From the NCBI GenBank assembly GCA_964631275.1, contig CAZVWQ010000002.1, positions 26,206-90,205 on the forward strand: a DNA stretch of 64,000 bases. The letters are read 5' to 3'. This DNA comes from an uncultured Candidatus Saccharibacteria bacterium (GTDB lineage Bacteria; Patescibacteriota; JACMRA01). Positions 17,821 to 26,330 of the stretch are shown in pieces. Position numbers and translations under genes: made by a program. Below the pieces are notes generated by a model. That model was given only the letters and a program-made list of their open reading frames with translations. It made no database searches and was not told the origin of the DNA. Every line of letters starts with the position of its first letter. Position 1 is the stretch's first letter.

Positions 17821-17993
17821 TTTTTGATGTTACTTAAAGCTTTTTAAAATTTTTTAATTAAAAACTTTTAGAGTCCATGTTGTCAATTATCCTTATCAAT
17901 AGTAAAATTTCTTCTTGCCAAAAAGTTAAATTCTTTCTTAAAGATTATATACTTTTAAATTTTTGATATTTTCATTATTTTATTTATTTATTT

Positions 17994-18284
17994 ATGGCTA
18001 ACAACAATAAAGTTACAAAAACTCAACTTATTGAAATTCTAGCTTCTGACTTAGATATTTCTAAGGCTCAAGCTGAAAAATTTCTGAGCTCTTTTATTGA
18101 CACAATTACTAAGAACCTAAAATCAGGAAAAGAAGTAACTATTACTGGTTTTGGTACTTTTAAGAAGACTAAAAGAAAAGCCAGGAATGGTGTAAATCCT
18201 AAGACAGGTGAAAAGATTAAAATTGCAGCTTCTGTAAATGCTTCTTTCAAACCTGGTAAAAACCTAAAAGAAAATATTTCTTAG
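17994..18284 (+). CDS. hup: HU-family DNA-binding protein
   Basis: ITGFGTFKKTKRKARNGVNPKTGEKIKIAASVNASFKPGK is the HU/IHF arm signature. Confidence 0.93.
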   Translation: MANNNKVTKTQLIEILASDLDISKAQAEKFLSSFIDTITKNLKSGKEVTITGFGTFKKTKRKARNGVNPKTGEKIKIAASVNASFKPGKNLKENIS

Positions 18285-18346
18285 CCTGGTAATTTATAGA
18301 GTTTTATAGAGCCAGTTTGATTATTTTTTATAACTGGTATTTAATA

Positions 18347-18462
18347 AACCTCCTGCTTTGAAATTATTTTTAGTTAATAAAACTAGCAACAATTTTTTTA
18401 AAAATAAAGATTATTTGTATTTAGTTCAAAATATAATTTAAAAGTTTTCATTGCAGGAGGTG
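18347..18462. mobile_element. MITE (116 bp) with IS630/Tc1-type termini and a TA..TA flank
   Basis: Left end aacctcctgctttgaaa. Right end ttcattgcaggaggtg. TA at 18345-18346 and 18463-18464. Confidence 0.6.
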
Positions 18463-18995
18463 TAAGCTGTGTGTTTTCGAGTTCTATTTATATTTTCTGA
18501 TAAGTTAGTTTTTCCCTAAAACAAAATACTTCCTGAAATACAAAGTTTTCTGGTAAGATTTTTACTCTAAAATATCAACAAAATTAGATTTTAATCTAAA
18601 AGTTATACCCAAACTATTTCAAAAATTTACATTTTGCAAAACATTTTTTAATTCTTTAAGTGTGACTTGATAAGAATACTTTTTATTTTTGGATGTTAAA
18701 ATTGGTAAGGCTTCTATAATATAGTTTAAAACTTCTAAAATCTTTCAATAATCAAATTTTTAGAGGTTTTTTTGTTTGAAAATGTAAATAGTGCTTGAGG
18801 TTTCATACCTAAGTTATATATCAGCTATACTATACTCATTCCATATCAACTAGTATTACAAACTTTTAGGCAAAATTAACTCGTAAACAAGCCACTTGTT
18901 TGATTACTAAAAAATAATTATAAAAGTTGTAAGCGAATTGGCGCATAATAAGTTTTTGTTTTGTTGCAAGTTAATTATAGATGGTATAAAAAAAT

Positions 18996-19110
18996 GATGG
19001 ATTTTTGAAAATTCAATTTTTTTTGACAAAATAAACAAAAAATAATTATTATCTTAAGTTGTAAGATAAGGCTAACATACAAAAAGTATTTGAAAATTCA
19101 AAAATTCTGA
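18996..19110 (+). promoter_or_regulatory. promoter-bearing repeat (TTGACA 19023-19028, TATTAT 19047-19052) with palindrome ATCTTA-N5-TAAGAT at 19051-19067
   Basis: Inverted twin at 21066-21176. Lies upstream of ORF 19238. Confidence 0.4.
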
Positions 19111-19237
19111 ATTTTTAGATCTTATTAAAAATTTTTAGTTTTTAAAGAAATCTTACAAACAATTAAATCAAGATTATAAAGAAAAATAATTTTCTTATAA
19201 ACATCTTATAAAATAATATTAATTAATAACATATACT

Positions 19238-19456
19238 ATGAATAATTTAGATTTGTCTTTAGAGTCAATTTTAGGTAATTGGATTCCTTTAGGTTTTGGC
19301 TTAATTGGGATATTTATGCTTTTAGTTGGTGTATTAAACATGGTTAGTGGCAAAGACAAGGCATTTAATAATATTTTTGGTGGCTTATTTGTGATCTTAG
19401 TTGCCGTTGGTCTAGCTTGGTTAATGAGAGAAATTGTGATTCCAACATTATTATAA
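19238..19456 (+). CDS. small two-TM membrane protein (hypothetical)
   Basis: Two hydrophobic helices (WIPLGFGLIGIFMLLVGVL and IFGGLFVILVAVGLAWL). Confidence 0.45.
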   Translation: MNNLDLSLESILGNWIPLGFGLIGIFMLLVGVLNMVSGKDKAFNNIFGGLFVILVAVGLAWLMREIVIPTLL

Positions 19457-19702
19457 AATAACCGACTTATTGTTTAAAGATTATTGTCTATAGAACCATT
19501 TATACTGGTAACTTTAGTGTTTATCTTTTAGCAATCAAACAATCGAATAATTTATCTTAATTGGATCTTTTTACAGAACCTTCCAAAACAACTGTTAAAC
19601 CTGCTTTTAATATTATCGAGCTTAAGAATATATACTTGCAAATCCAGTAACTTCTACAAAGAAACAGCTAAAGTATTCGGTTAATCAATATCTACAATTC
19701 AT

Positions 19703-19953
19703 AGATATGGAAAAAAGTTTGGTGTAACTAGAAAAAAATTTAAGACTGTCTACAAAGAATCTAATCCTGAATTAAAAAAAAGTTCTTAGAAGAGTTAGAT
19801 AAATTGATTATCGAATACGGTTTACATAACACCTACTATCAAGATGAACCTGGTTTTTTTTATGAATACTTCTATAAAAAATATGGTTATGTACCAGAAC
19901 TTAACATTATTAAAAATACATGGGGTACAATAAAACAGAATCTTAGAAATTAG
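19703..19953 (+). pseudogene. IS630/Tc1-mariner family transposase relic (frameshifted, internally deleted)
   Basis: ..YYQDEPGFF.. (DDE region) and ..YVPELNIIKNTWGTIKQNLRN* (C-terminal P-E-L-N-x-I-E/K-x-x-W motif). Frameshift in the A-run at 19774-19781. Confidence 0.65.
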
Positions 19954-20076
19954 ACCTCCTGCACTGAAATTTTTATTCGTTTGATTGAGTAAACAAAAAA
20001 TTAGAAATTGTAAGTTTTTAAAAATTCTGAATTATTGTTTTTAATTAGAGGTTAAACAGCTTTACTGCAAGGAGTC
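19953..20076. mobile_element. MITE (124 bp) with the same termini as 18347-18462
   Basis: Left end gacctcctgcactgaaa. Right end ctttactgcaaggagtc. TA at 19951-19952 and 20077-20078. Confidence 0.55.
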
Positions 20077-20168
20077 TATTATTATAACTATAATACCAAT
20101 GACTTAAAAGAAAATCTAAGTTGTTAGATATGCCAGCATTGCGTAAGTGTTGGTTGTGTATTAGCGGT

Positions 20169-20427
20169 ACCCCTGCACAAAATTGTGTCTGGAGTGTTCA
20201 ATCTAAGTTAGGTTGAGTACGAGGTTCAGTAAGATTTTAGGAACTCATCTAAAGACAAGCTTGTTAGATTTTATGCAGATTATTTATGCCTGAACTAAGT
20301 AGTTTTTCGGCATTTGTTTGCTTTTGAGTAATTCTTAGCTGAGTAACTCTTGTTTTATTTTGAGTAGACATGTATCAGACAATAAATTAAAAATAGTTTT
20401 TATGTCAGACACAATTTTTGTAGGGGT
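20169..20427. mobile_element. 259-bp element bounded by 23-nt inverted repeats (non-autonomous)
   Basis: Left end acccctgcacaaaattgtgtctg. The right end reads acccctacaaaaattgtgtctg in reverse complement. No ORF inside. Locally GC-richer. Confidence 0.55.
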
Positions 20428-20454
20428 CTCAAGTTGGCAGGGGTTTGAGTATAA

Positions 20455-20745
20455 TTATTCAAATTTAATTCCTTTATCAAAGACTTTAGTAAGCCACAAA
20501 GAAGCTCTAGATTTTAGCCTAGAGGCTTTATTTTTGTGAATAAAGTTGGTTTTAGTAGCTTTATCAAGAGCTGAAAAATACTTAGACATTTCTTTTTCAG
20601 TTTCTTTTTTATTTGGCTTTTCGGCTTTTAAAGCTTTGTGAAAGGCTCTTCTAGAAAGTTTTATTTTTTTGATTTTTTCTAGATTAACTAGCCTTTTCCG
20701 TAAAGAAACTCTTAGGGCTTTTTTAGAAGCTTTGGTATTAGGCAT
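20455..20745 (-). CDS. rpsT: 30S ribosomal protein S20
   Basis: MPNTKASKKALRVSLRKR..FIHKNKASRLKSR. Confidence 0.9.
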   Translation of the reverse strand: MPNTKASKKALRVSLRKRLVNLEKIKKIKLSRRAFHKALKAEKPNKKETEKEMSKYFSALDKATKTNFIHKNKASRLKSRASLWLTKVFDKGIKFE

Positions 20746-20747
20746 AA

Positions 20748-20963
20748 TTATTTTTGGTTGTATTTGGTATTAAAATCTTCATCGCTCATAACTAAAAGCA
20801 TAATAAATTCTACAAAAGAAATTATTCCAGTGATAAGTCCTAAACTAAAAATTGTTATTACAATATAAATTATCCCAGTAACAGTCTTACCTAAATAAAA
20901 TTTGTGAGCTCCAAAAACTCCTAAGAAAAAAGCTAAAAGAGCAGCTGTAGTTTTGTTTTTCAT
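20748..20963 (-). CDS. TM2 domain-containing membrane protein
   Basis: TAALLAFFLGVFGAHKFYLGK is the TM2 signature. Confidence 0.8.
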   Translation of the reverse strand: MKNKTTAALLAFFLGVFGAHKFYLGKTVTGIIYIVITIFSLGLITGIISFVEFIMLLVMSDEDFNTKYNQK

Positions 20964-21065
20964 AAAAATAGTTAAAAGTTTGCAAAAATAAAAATATTAC
21001 AAGCGTTATTTATTAACAAAATCAATTATTAAATCAAATTTAAATTACACTTAAACTAATTTAAG

Positions 21066-21176
21066 TCAGATTTTTTGAATTTTTAAATACTTTTTTAATA
21101 ATTAACTTTGTATTATTACAAAGATAAAATAATTATTTTTTATTTATTTTGTCAAAAAAAATTTCAAATGGATTCG
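21066..21176 (-). promoter_or_regulatory. promoter-bearing repeat, twin of 18996-19110 (TTGACA at 21150-21155 on the minus strand), with palindrome CTTTGTA-N4-TACAAAG at 21106-21123
   Basis: The reverse complement aligns with 18996-19110. Lies upstream of the TM2-rpsT pair. Confidence 0.4.
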
Positions 21177-21200
21177 ATGGATTCTATAGAGATTTAAATA

Positions 21201-21274
21201 TGGAGCGGATAAGGGGAATCGAACCCCTGTTTCAACCATGGCAAGGTCGTGTTCTACCATTAAACTATATCCGC
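21201..21274 (-). tRNA. tRNA-Gly (anticodon GCC), CCA encoded
   Basis: Hand-folded: GCGGATA/TA/GTTT-AATGGTA-GAAC/A/CGACC-TTGCCAT-GGTTG/AAAC/AGGGG-TTCGATT-CCCCT/TATCCGC/T/CCA. Confidence 0.95.
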
Positions 21275-21538
21275 AAATTTTTATTTTAATGCTTAAAGAA
21301 AAGAACCTAGCAAAGGATTTTTGTCAAGCAGATTATACTTTTTAAGTTTTTAACTTGTAACGTCTTTAACTTTTTTAACGTCTTTAACTTTAACCAAAAA
21401 TTTAACCAAAAAAACTTTTAAAATATGGAATAGTCATCGCTGGAATAATGCAATTAATTATTGCCGTGATTTTTATGCAATTGACATATTTTTAAATCAA
21501 CATTAAAACTTAAAAATATAAATTTTAAATATAAATTT

Positions 21539-22570
21539 TTGTCCAAAAAAGCTTTTATTACAGGAATTAATGGTCAGGATGGAGCTTGGCTGGCTAAATT
21601 ACTTTTGCAAAAAGGTTACGAAGTCTACGGCGGTATTAGACGTAGTAGCCACAATCTAACCCCTAGTTTAGATTTTTTAGAAATTACAGACAAGGTCAAA
21701 CTAGTTGATTTTGACTTATTAGACTATTCAAATATTTATAAAAACATTACAGAAATTAAACCTGATGAATTTTATAATTTAGCTGCCCAGAGTCATGTTG
21801 GAATAAGCTTTAAGCAACCTTTATCTACTTTTCAGATTGATTCAGTTGGAGTTAATTATGTTCTAGATATATTGTATACTTTTTTGCCGGAAACTAAGTT
21901 TTATCAAGCTTCAACTAGTGAAATGTTTGGTGGTTTGGATTATAATCGACCCAAAAACGGATATACTGAAGTGTCTCCATTTCACCCACGGTCACCTTAT
22001 GGTGTAGCCAAACTAGCAGCTCACTGGATGACGGTTAATTATCGTGAAAGTTATAATTTTTTTGGTGCTTCTGGAATTTTGTTTAATCATGAAAGTGAGT
22101 TAAGAGGTCCAAAATTTGTTACCCGCAAAATTACTTTGCATGCAGCTACCTGGGCTAATAACCAAAAAGGTAAGCTTCTAGAATTAGGAAATATGAAAGC
22201 TAAAAGAGATTGGGGCTATGCTAAAGAATATGTAGAGTGTATGTATTTGATGCTTCAGCAAAATAAACCTGACACTTTTGTGATTGCTACTGGCGAGACC
22301 ACTACAGTTAAAGACTTTGTTGAGTACTCCTTCGAGGCGGTTAATAGACATATTCGGTGGGAAGGAGAAGGAGTGGATGAAAAAGGCTACGATATCAAAA
22401 CTGGAGAACAATTAGTCGGTGTTAATTCTGATTTTTATCGCCCAGCAGAGGTGGATTTGTTAGTTGGAGACTCTACTAAAGCCAAAGAAGTTTTAGATTG
22501 GGAACCCAAAATAAAAGCAAGAGAGTTAGCAGAAATTATGGTTAGGCATGATATAGAGGTTGTTTCGTAA
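21539..22570 (+). CDS. gmd: GDP-mannose 4,6-dehydratase
   Basis: ITGINGQDGAWLAKLLLQKGYEVYGGIRRSS, SPYGVAKL, FNHESELRG. TTG start. Confidence 0.93.
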   Translation: MSKKAFITGINGQDGAWLAKLLLQKGYEVYGGIRRSSHNLTPSLDFLEITDKVKLVDFDLLDYSNIYKNITEIKPDEFYNLAAQSHVGISFKQPLSTFQIDSVGVNYVLDILYTFLPETKFYQASTSEMFGGLDYNRPKNGYTEVSPFHPRSPYGVAKLAAHWMTVNYRESYNFFGASGILFNHESELRGPKFVTRKITLHAATWANNQKGKLLELGNMKAKRDWGYAKEYVECMYLMLQQNKPDTFVIATGETTTVKDFVEYSFEAVNRHIRWEGEGVDEKGYDIKTGEQLVGVNSDFYRPAEVDLLVGDSTKAKEVLDWEPKIKARELAEIMVRHDIEVVS

Positions 22571-22627
22571 AGTTCATTTAAGATTTTTTAAATATCTTAA
22601 TTAACCTAATTATACTTCAACATATTT

Positions 22628-22757
22628 CACTTTACAAATAAAACCTAGTTTAGTTCTAATTAAAAGACTTATTTTTAAGCTAAAAGTCATACATAGCTTC
22701 AAAATTTAATTAAGTTTAGATCTAATGTCGTCTAATTTCGATATGGAATAGACATAA
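22628..22757. repeat. composite of repeat families D and E
   Basis: ..caaataaaacctagtttagttctaattaaaag.. then ..agcttcaaaatttaattaagtttagatc..gatatggaatagac. Confidence 0.55.
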
Positions 22758-22806
22758 AACAAGTAAAAACAGGTTTTTTTTGAGCAGAGGATTGGATTAT
22801 ATTAGT

Positions 22807-24477
22807 TTATTTTGAGATAATATTATTAGCCAATTCGGCTTTAGCCATTTCCATGCTACATTCTAAGATTGATTTAACCTCAAACCCTAACCAATTTTCT
22901 TGATCTAATAAATCTAGATGTTTGGATTTAATTTTTTTTAGCTCTAACAAACAAAACTTTACTGAATCTATATCCCTCTTAATACTCATGTTTTCCCACA
23001 TTAAATTTTTAATTTTTAATTCGATTTCTTTGAGTTTACTTCTTTGAGATAATTTAGTTTCTACTAATTTTTCTAATTTAATTTTTGCAATTTTTTGCAA
23101 TTTTTTAGAAGATTTTTTGGAATTAATTTTTTTAGCCAATCTCTGAGCAAAAACTAATCCTTCAAGTAAAGAATTAGAAGCTAAGCGATTAGCCCCATGC
23201 ACTCCTGTGTGACTAACTTCTCCGACTGCATAGCAGTTCTTTAGATTTGTTTGCGAGTCTAGATTGACTGAAATTCCTCCTATTTGGTAATGGGCTGAAG
23301 GTGAAATCGGAATTAGATCCTTAGACATGTCTATGCCAAATTTTTGACACTTATCATAGATTGAAGGGAACCTTTTTTTTAAGTAATGAGAATTTTTATG
23401 AGAAATATCTAAATAAATTTTTTGTTTTTTGTGTTGCAATTGATCCCAAATTGCCCAGGCTACTAGATCTCTTGGAGCTAACTCTAATCTAGGATCATAA
23501 TTTTTCATAAATCTTTGCCCATTAGAATTAACTAAAATCCCGCCCTCTCCTCTAACTGCTTCAGAGATTAAAAATTCTTGATTTCTGAAGTTATATTTTA
23601 ATTCTTTACGAGTTGTGTTTTTTATATCTAAAGCTGTCGGATGAAACTGATAATAATTAAAATTTTCAATTTTTAGGTTTAATTTTTTAGCTAAAAAAAT
23701 TCCGTCTCCTGTTGCCGTTATAGGGTTAGTTGTATGTTTATAAATTTGCCCCGAGCCTCCAGTAGCAATAACTAAATTATTAGCTTTGAGATCTGTTTTG
23801 TAATATCTAAATTTAGTTTTGTCATTCTTATTACTTGATTTTTGCTGAAATATTTTTTTTACTAAAATAAATAAGTTTGTTGCTACCTTTTTCCATAAAA
23901 AATTAAAAAATCTAGAGCGATTTTCTTTTTTAATTATTAATTTTACATAAAATCTACTATTTTCTTTTTTAAGGTCATAAACTAAAGTATTTTCTAAAAA
24001 ATAAATATTTTGTCTTTTGTATAATTCTTGAATTAGAAATTTTTGTAATTTGATACCAGTTTGATCTCCTCCAGCATGAATAATTCTATTTTCGGTGTGA
24101 GCTGCTTCTCTAGTTAAAGCTAGTTTTGGTAAGTTTGCCAAAGTCAAATTAGAACTACTAGCCGATAAATCGAACTTCATACCTAAAGAAATTAAATCTT
24201 TAATCCTTTCTGGGCCTTCAGTAACTAAAATTTTAACAGCTTCTGTATTATTTAAATTTCTTCCTGCTATTAAAGTATCTTCATAGTGCTTTTGAGGTGA
24301 GTCAATATTAGATAAACTTGCAGCAATACCACCTTGAGCCCAACGAGTCGAACCAGACAACAACTTGGATTTGGTTATAACCAGTACTTGCAAGTTAGAT
24401 TCTAAATTTAAAGCAACCCATAGCCCAGCTACCCCAGAGCCGATAATTATAACATCGTAATGATCAAAAATTTTCAT
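22807..24477 (-). CDS. nadB: L-aspartate oxidase with a lineage-specific basic insert
   Basis: DVIIIGSGVAGL, RWAQGGIAA, HPTAL, EAVRGEGG, HGANRLASNSLLE. Extra K/F-rich segment around aa 180-225. Confidence 0.88.
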   Translation of the reverse strand: MKIFDHYDVIIIGSGVAGLWVALNLESNLQVLVITKSKLLSGSTRWAQGGIAASLSNIDSPQKHYEDTLIAGRNLNNTEAVKILVTEGPERIKDLISLGMKFDLSASSSNLTLANLPKLALTREAAHTENRIIHAGGDQTGIKLQKFLIQELYKRQNIYFLENTLVYDLKKENSRFYVKLIIKKENRSRFFNFLWKKVATNLFILVKKIFQQKSSNKNDKTKFRYYKTDLKANNLVIATGGSGQIYKHTTNPITATGDGIFLAKKLNLKIENFNYYQFHPTALDIKNTTRKELKYNFRNQEFLISEAVRGEGGILVNSNGQRFMKNYDPRLELAPRDLVAWAIWDQLQHKKQKIYLDISHKNSHYLKKRFPSIYDKCQKFGIDMSKDLIPISPSAHYQIGGISVNLDSQTNLKNCYAVGEVSHTGVHGANRLASNSLLEGLVFAQRLAKKINSKKSSKKLQKIAKIKLEKLVETKLSQRSKLKEIELKIKNLMWENMSIKRDIDSVKFCLLELKKIKSKHLDLLDQENWLGFEVKSILECSMEMAKAELANNIISK

Positions 24478-24494
24478 ATTAATTTTTATTCAAT

Positions 24495-24608
24495 TATACC
24501 CTTTTAAATAAGTCATTATGGCAATTACCTGTTAAGAATTTAGCCTAAGTAAGAGATTTATTTGCTCATGAAGTTAATTTAGGGCAGTAGTAAATTGGAC
24601 TGGGTATA
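24495..24608 (-). repeat. repeat family A
   Basis: tatacccttttaaataagtcattatggcaattacctgttaagaatttagcc..gggtata. It begins 18 nt upstream of the nadB start. Confidence 0.75.
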
Positions 24609-24789
24609 GTCGTATAAGTTTGTATAATTTTAGTCGATCAAGAAATCTTACATAACCAAGATCTTTTATTTTTTATTTAATAAGATTTGTCTATATTAGA
24701 AATTTTAATTAGATTTTAGATTAACACTACCTATTTGTTGAAATCAAAAAAATTAGAATTTTATACTAAATTGCTTGATATTTTCAAAC

Positions 24790-24920
24790 TTGACAAAGAT
24801 TAATTTTGAGATTAACATATGTTTATGTTTAAAGTGTTAACAATTACAACCATGCCTTTACTCCAATAGGGGCTATTTGTGTTGTTATATTCTTAAGCCC
24901 CGAAAGGGGTTTATTTTTTT
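24790..24920 (+). promoter_or_regulatory. candidate leader-peptide attenuator or small RNA unit
   Basis: TTGACA 24790-24795, 17-nt spacer, TAACAT 24813-24818. Mini-ORF ATG 24825..TAG 24869 (MFKVLTITTMPLLQ). GGGGCT 24869-24874 can pair with AGCCCC 24896-24901, which alternatively forms a 7-bp GAAA-loop hairpin with 24906-24912 followed by a T-run. Confidence 0.35.
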
Positions 24921-25013
24921 GCACTTATTCTTTACAACTTAACTTAAAACTAAAAATTAATAATCAAAGGCAATCAATTCTAAATTAAAAATTATTATTT
25001 ATTAACTAAAAAT

Positions 25014-25496
25014 ATGTCCATTCCAAAAAACTCACAAAAATTACCTATAAAAATCTATGAGGATCAAGAGTTTGGTTTGGAGATTAGAATCGATGAGCAG
25101 GGCGAGACTCTATGGCTAAGTCAATCTCAGATTGCCGAACTTTTTGGTAAAAACAGGTCAGTTATTAACAAGCATATTAAAAATATCTATTTAGAAGAAG
25201 AGCTGATGGAAAAATCAACCTGTGCAAATTTTACACAAGTTCAAACCGAAGGAGCAAGAAAGGTAAAAAGAAGTATTCCTCATTACAATTTAGACGTTGT
25301 CTTATCAGTTGGATACAGGGTCAATTCCAAAAAAGCTACCAGATTCCGCCAGTGGGCTAATTCCATACTCAAAGATTATCTCCTCAAAGGTTATAACATT
25401 CCTAGTATTGAAGATTTGCAAAGTTATCCTTGGGGTCACACGAGTTTTTCAATTGAAGACCCAGATCAAAACAAACTTAAATTCTTTACACAATAA
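25014..25496 (+). pseudogene. RhuM-family N-terminal fragment fused to a VOC/glyoxalase-like C-terminal tail (chimeric relic)
   Basis: LWLSQSQIAELFGKNRSVINKHIKNIY..LSVGYRVNSKKATRFRQWANSILKDYLLKGY is the RhuM N-half. The tail YPWGHTSFSIEDPDQNKLKFF resembles a VOC C-terminus. Confidence 0.6.
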
Positions 25497-25538
25497 AATA
25501 TTTAAATTAAAGATTAATTAGAATTTAAAACATACCTT

Positions 25539-26261
25539 ATGCCCATATCAAAAAATTCAGAAACCAAACTAAAATATTTTGAAGACACTTATTTATTCCA
25601 GTCTCAAGCTACTGTACTTGATATAATTGAAGATGGAAACTTCCCTGATAAGCAGATTTTAATTTTGGATCAAACTATTTTTTATCCACAAGGTGGTGGT
25701 CAGCCCAGTGATACTGGAATTATAGAGTCTAAAGATGGTAATTTTGTTTTTAAAGTTGAAAAAGTTGCTTTTAATTCAAATGGACAAGTCTACCACATTG
25801 GAGAATTTATAAAAAATAAATTTAAAATTGGAGAGTCAGTTAAACTTAAAATAGATAAAGAAAAAAGGGTTTTAAATGCAAAAAACCATACAGCTGGGCA
25901 TTTGATTGATTGGACAGTTGAAAGTTTGAATTTAAATTTGAAAGCTAAAAAAGGTTTTCATTTTCCCCAAGGTTCATATGTGGAATATCAGGGGGAATTA
26001 AGTGAAGATAAAGAAGAGCTAGCTAAGAAAATTGAAAAAAGAGCAAATCAGATTATCTCAGAAAATCCTAAAATTGAATTTGTATTTGAAAATAACAAGC
26101 ATGAAAGCGGTAAACCAATGCGAATTATGAAAATTGAAGGCTATCAAAATTGCCCTTGTGGAGGAACCCATGTTAAAGAAGCTAAAGAAATTGGTATTCT
26201 TACAATTAGAAAAATTAAAGCTAAAAAAGGGAATATTAAAATTTCCTATCAGGTAGGCTAA
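25539..26261 (+). CDS. alaX: AlaX-type alanyl-tRNA editing protein
   Basis: HTAGHLI and CPCGGTHV zinc/editing motifs. 240 aa. Confidence 0.85.
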   Translation: MPISKNSETKLKYFEDTYLFQSQATVLDIIEDGNFPDKQILILDQTIFYPQGGGQPSDTGIIESKDGNFVFKVEKVAFNSNGQVYHIGEFIKNKFKIGESVKLKIDKEKRVLNAKNHTAGHLIDWTVESLNLNLKAKKGFHFPQGSYVEYQGELSEDKEELAKKIEKRANQIISENPKIEFVFENNKHESGKPMRIMKIEGYQNCPCGGTHVKEAKEIGILTIRKIKAKKGNIKISYQVG

Positions 26262-26330
26262 AGCCACTCATTACAAAGAAAAATTATTCATTATTCACTA
26301 TTATTTATTAACTATTAATTAAAAAACACT

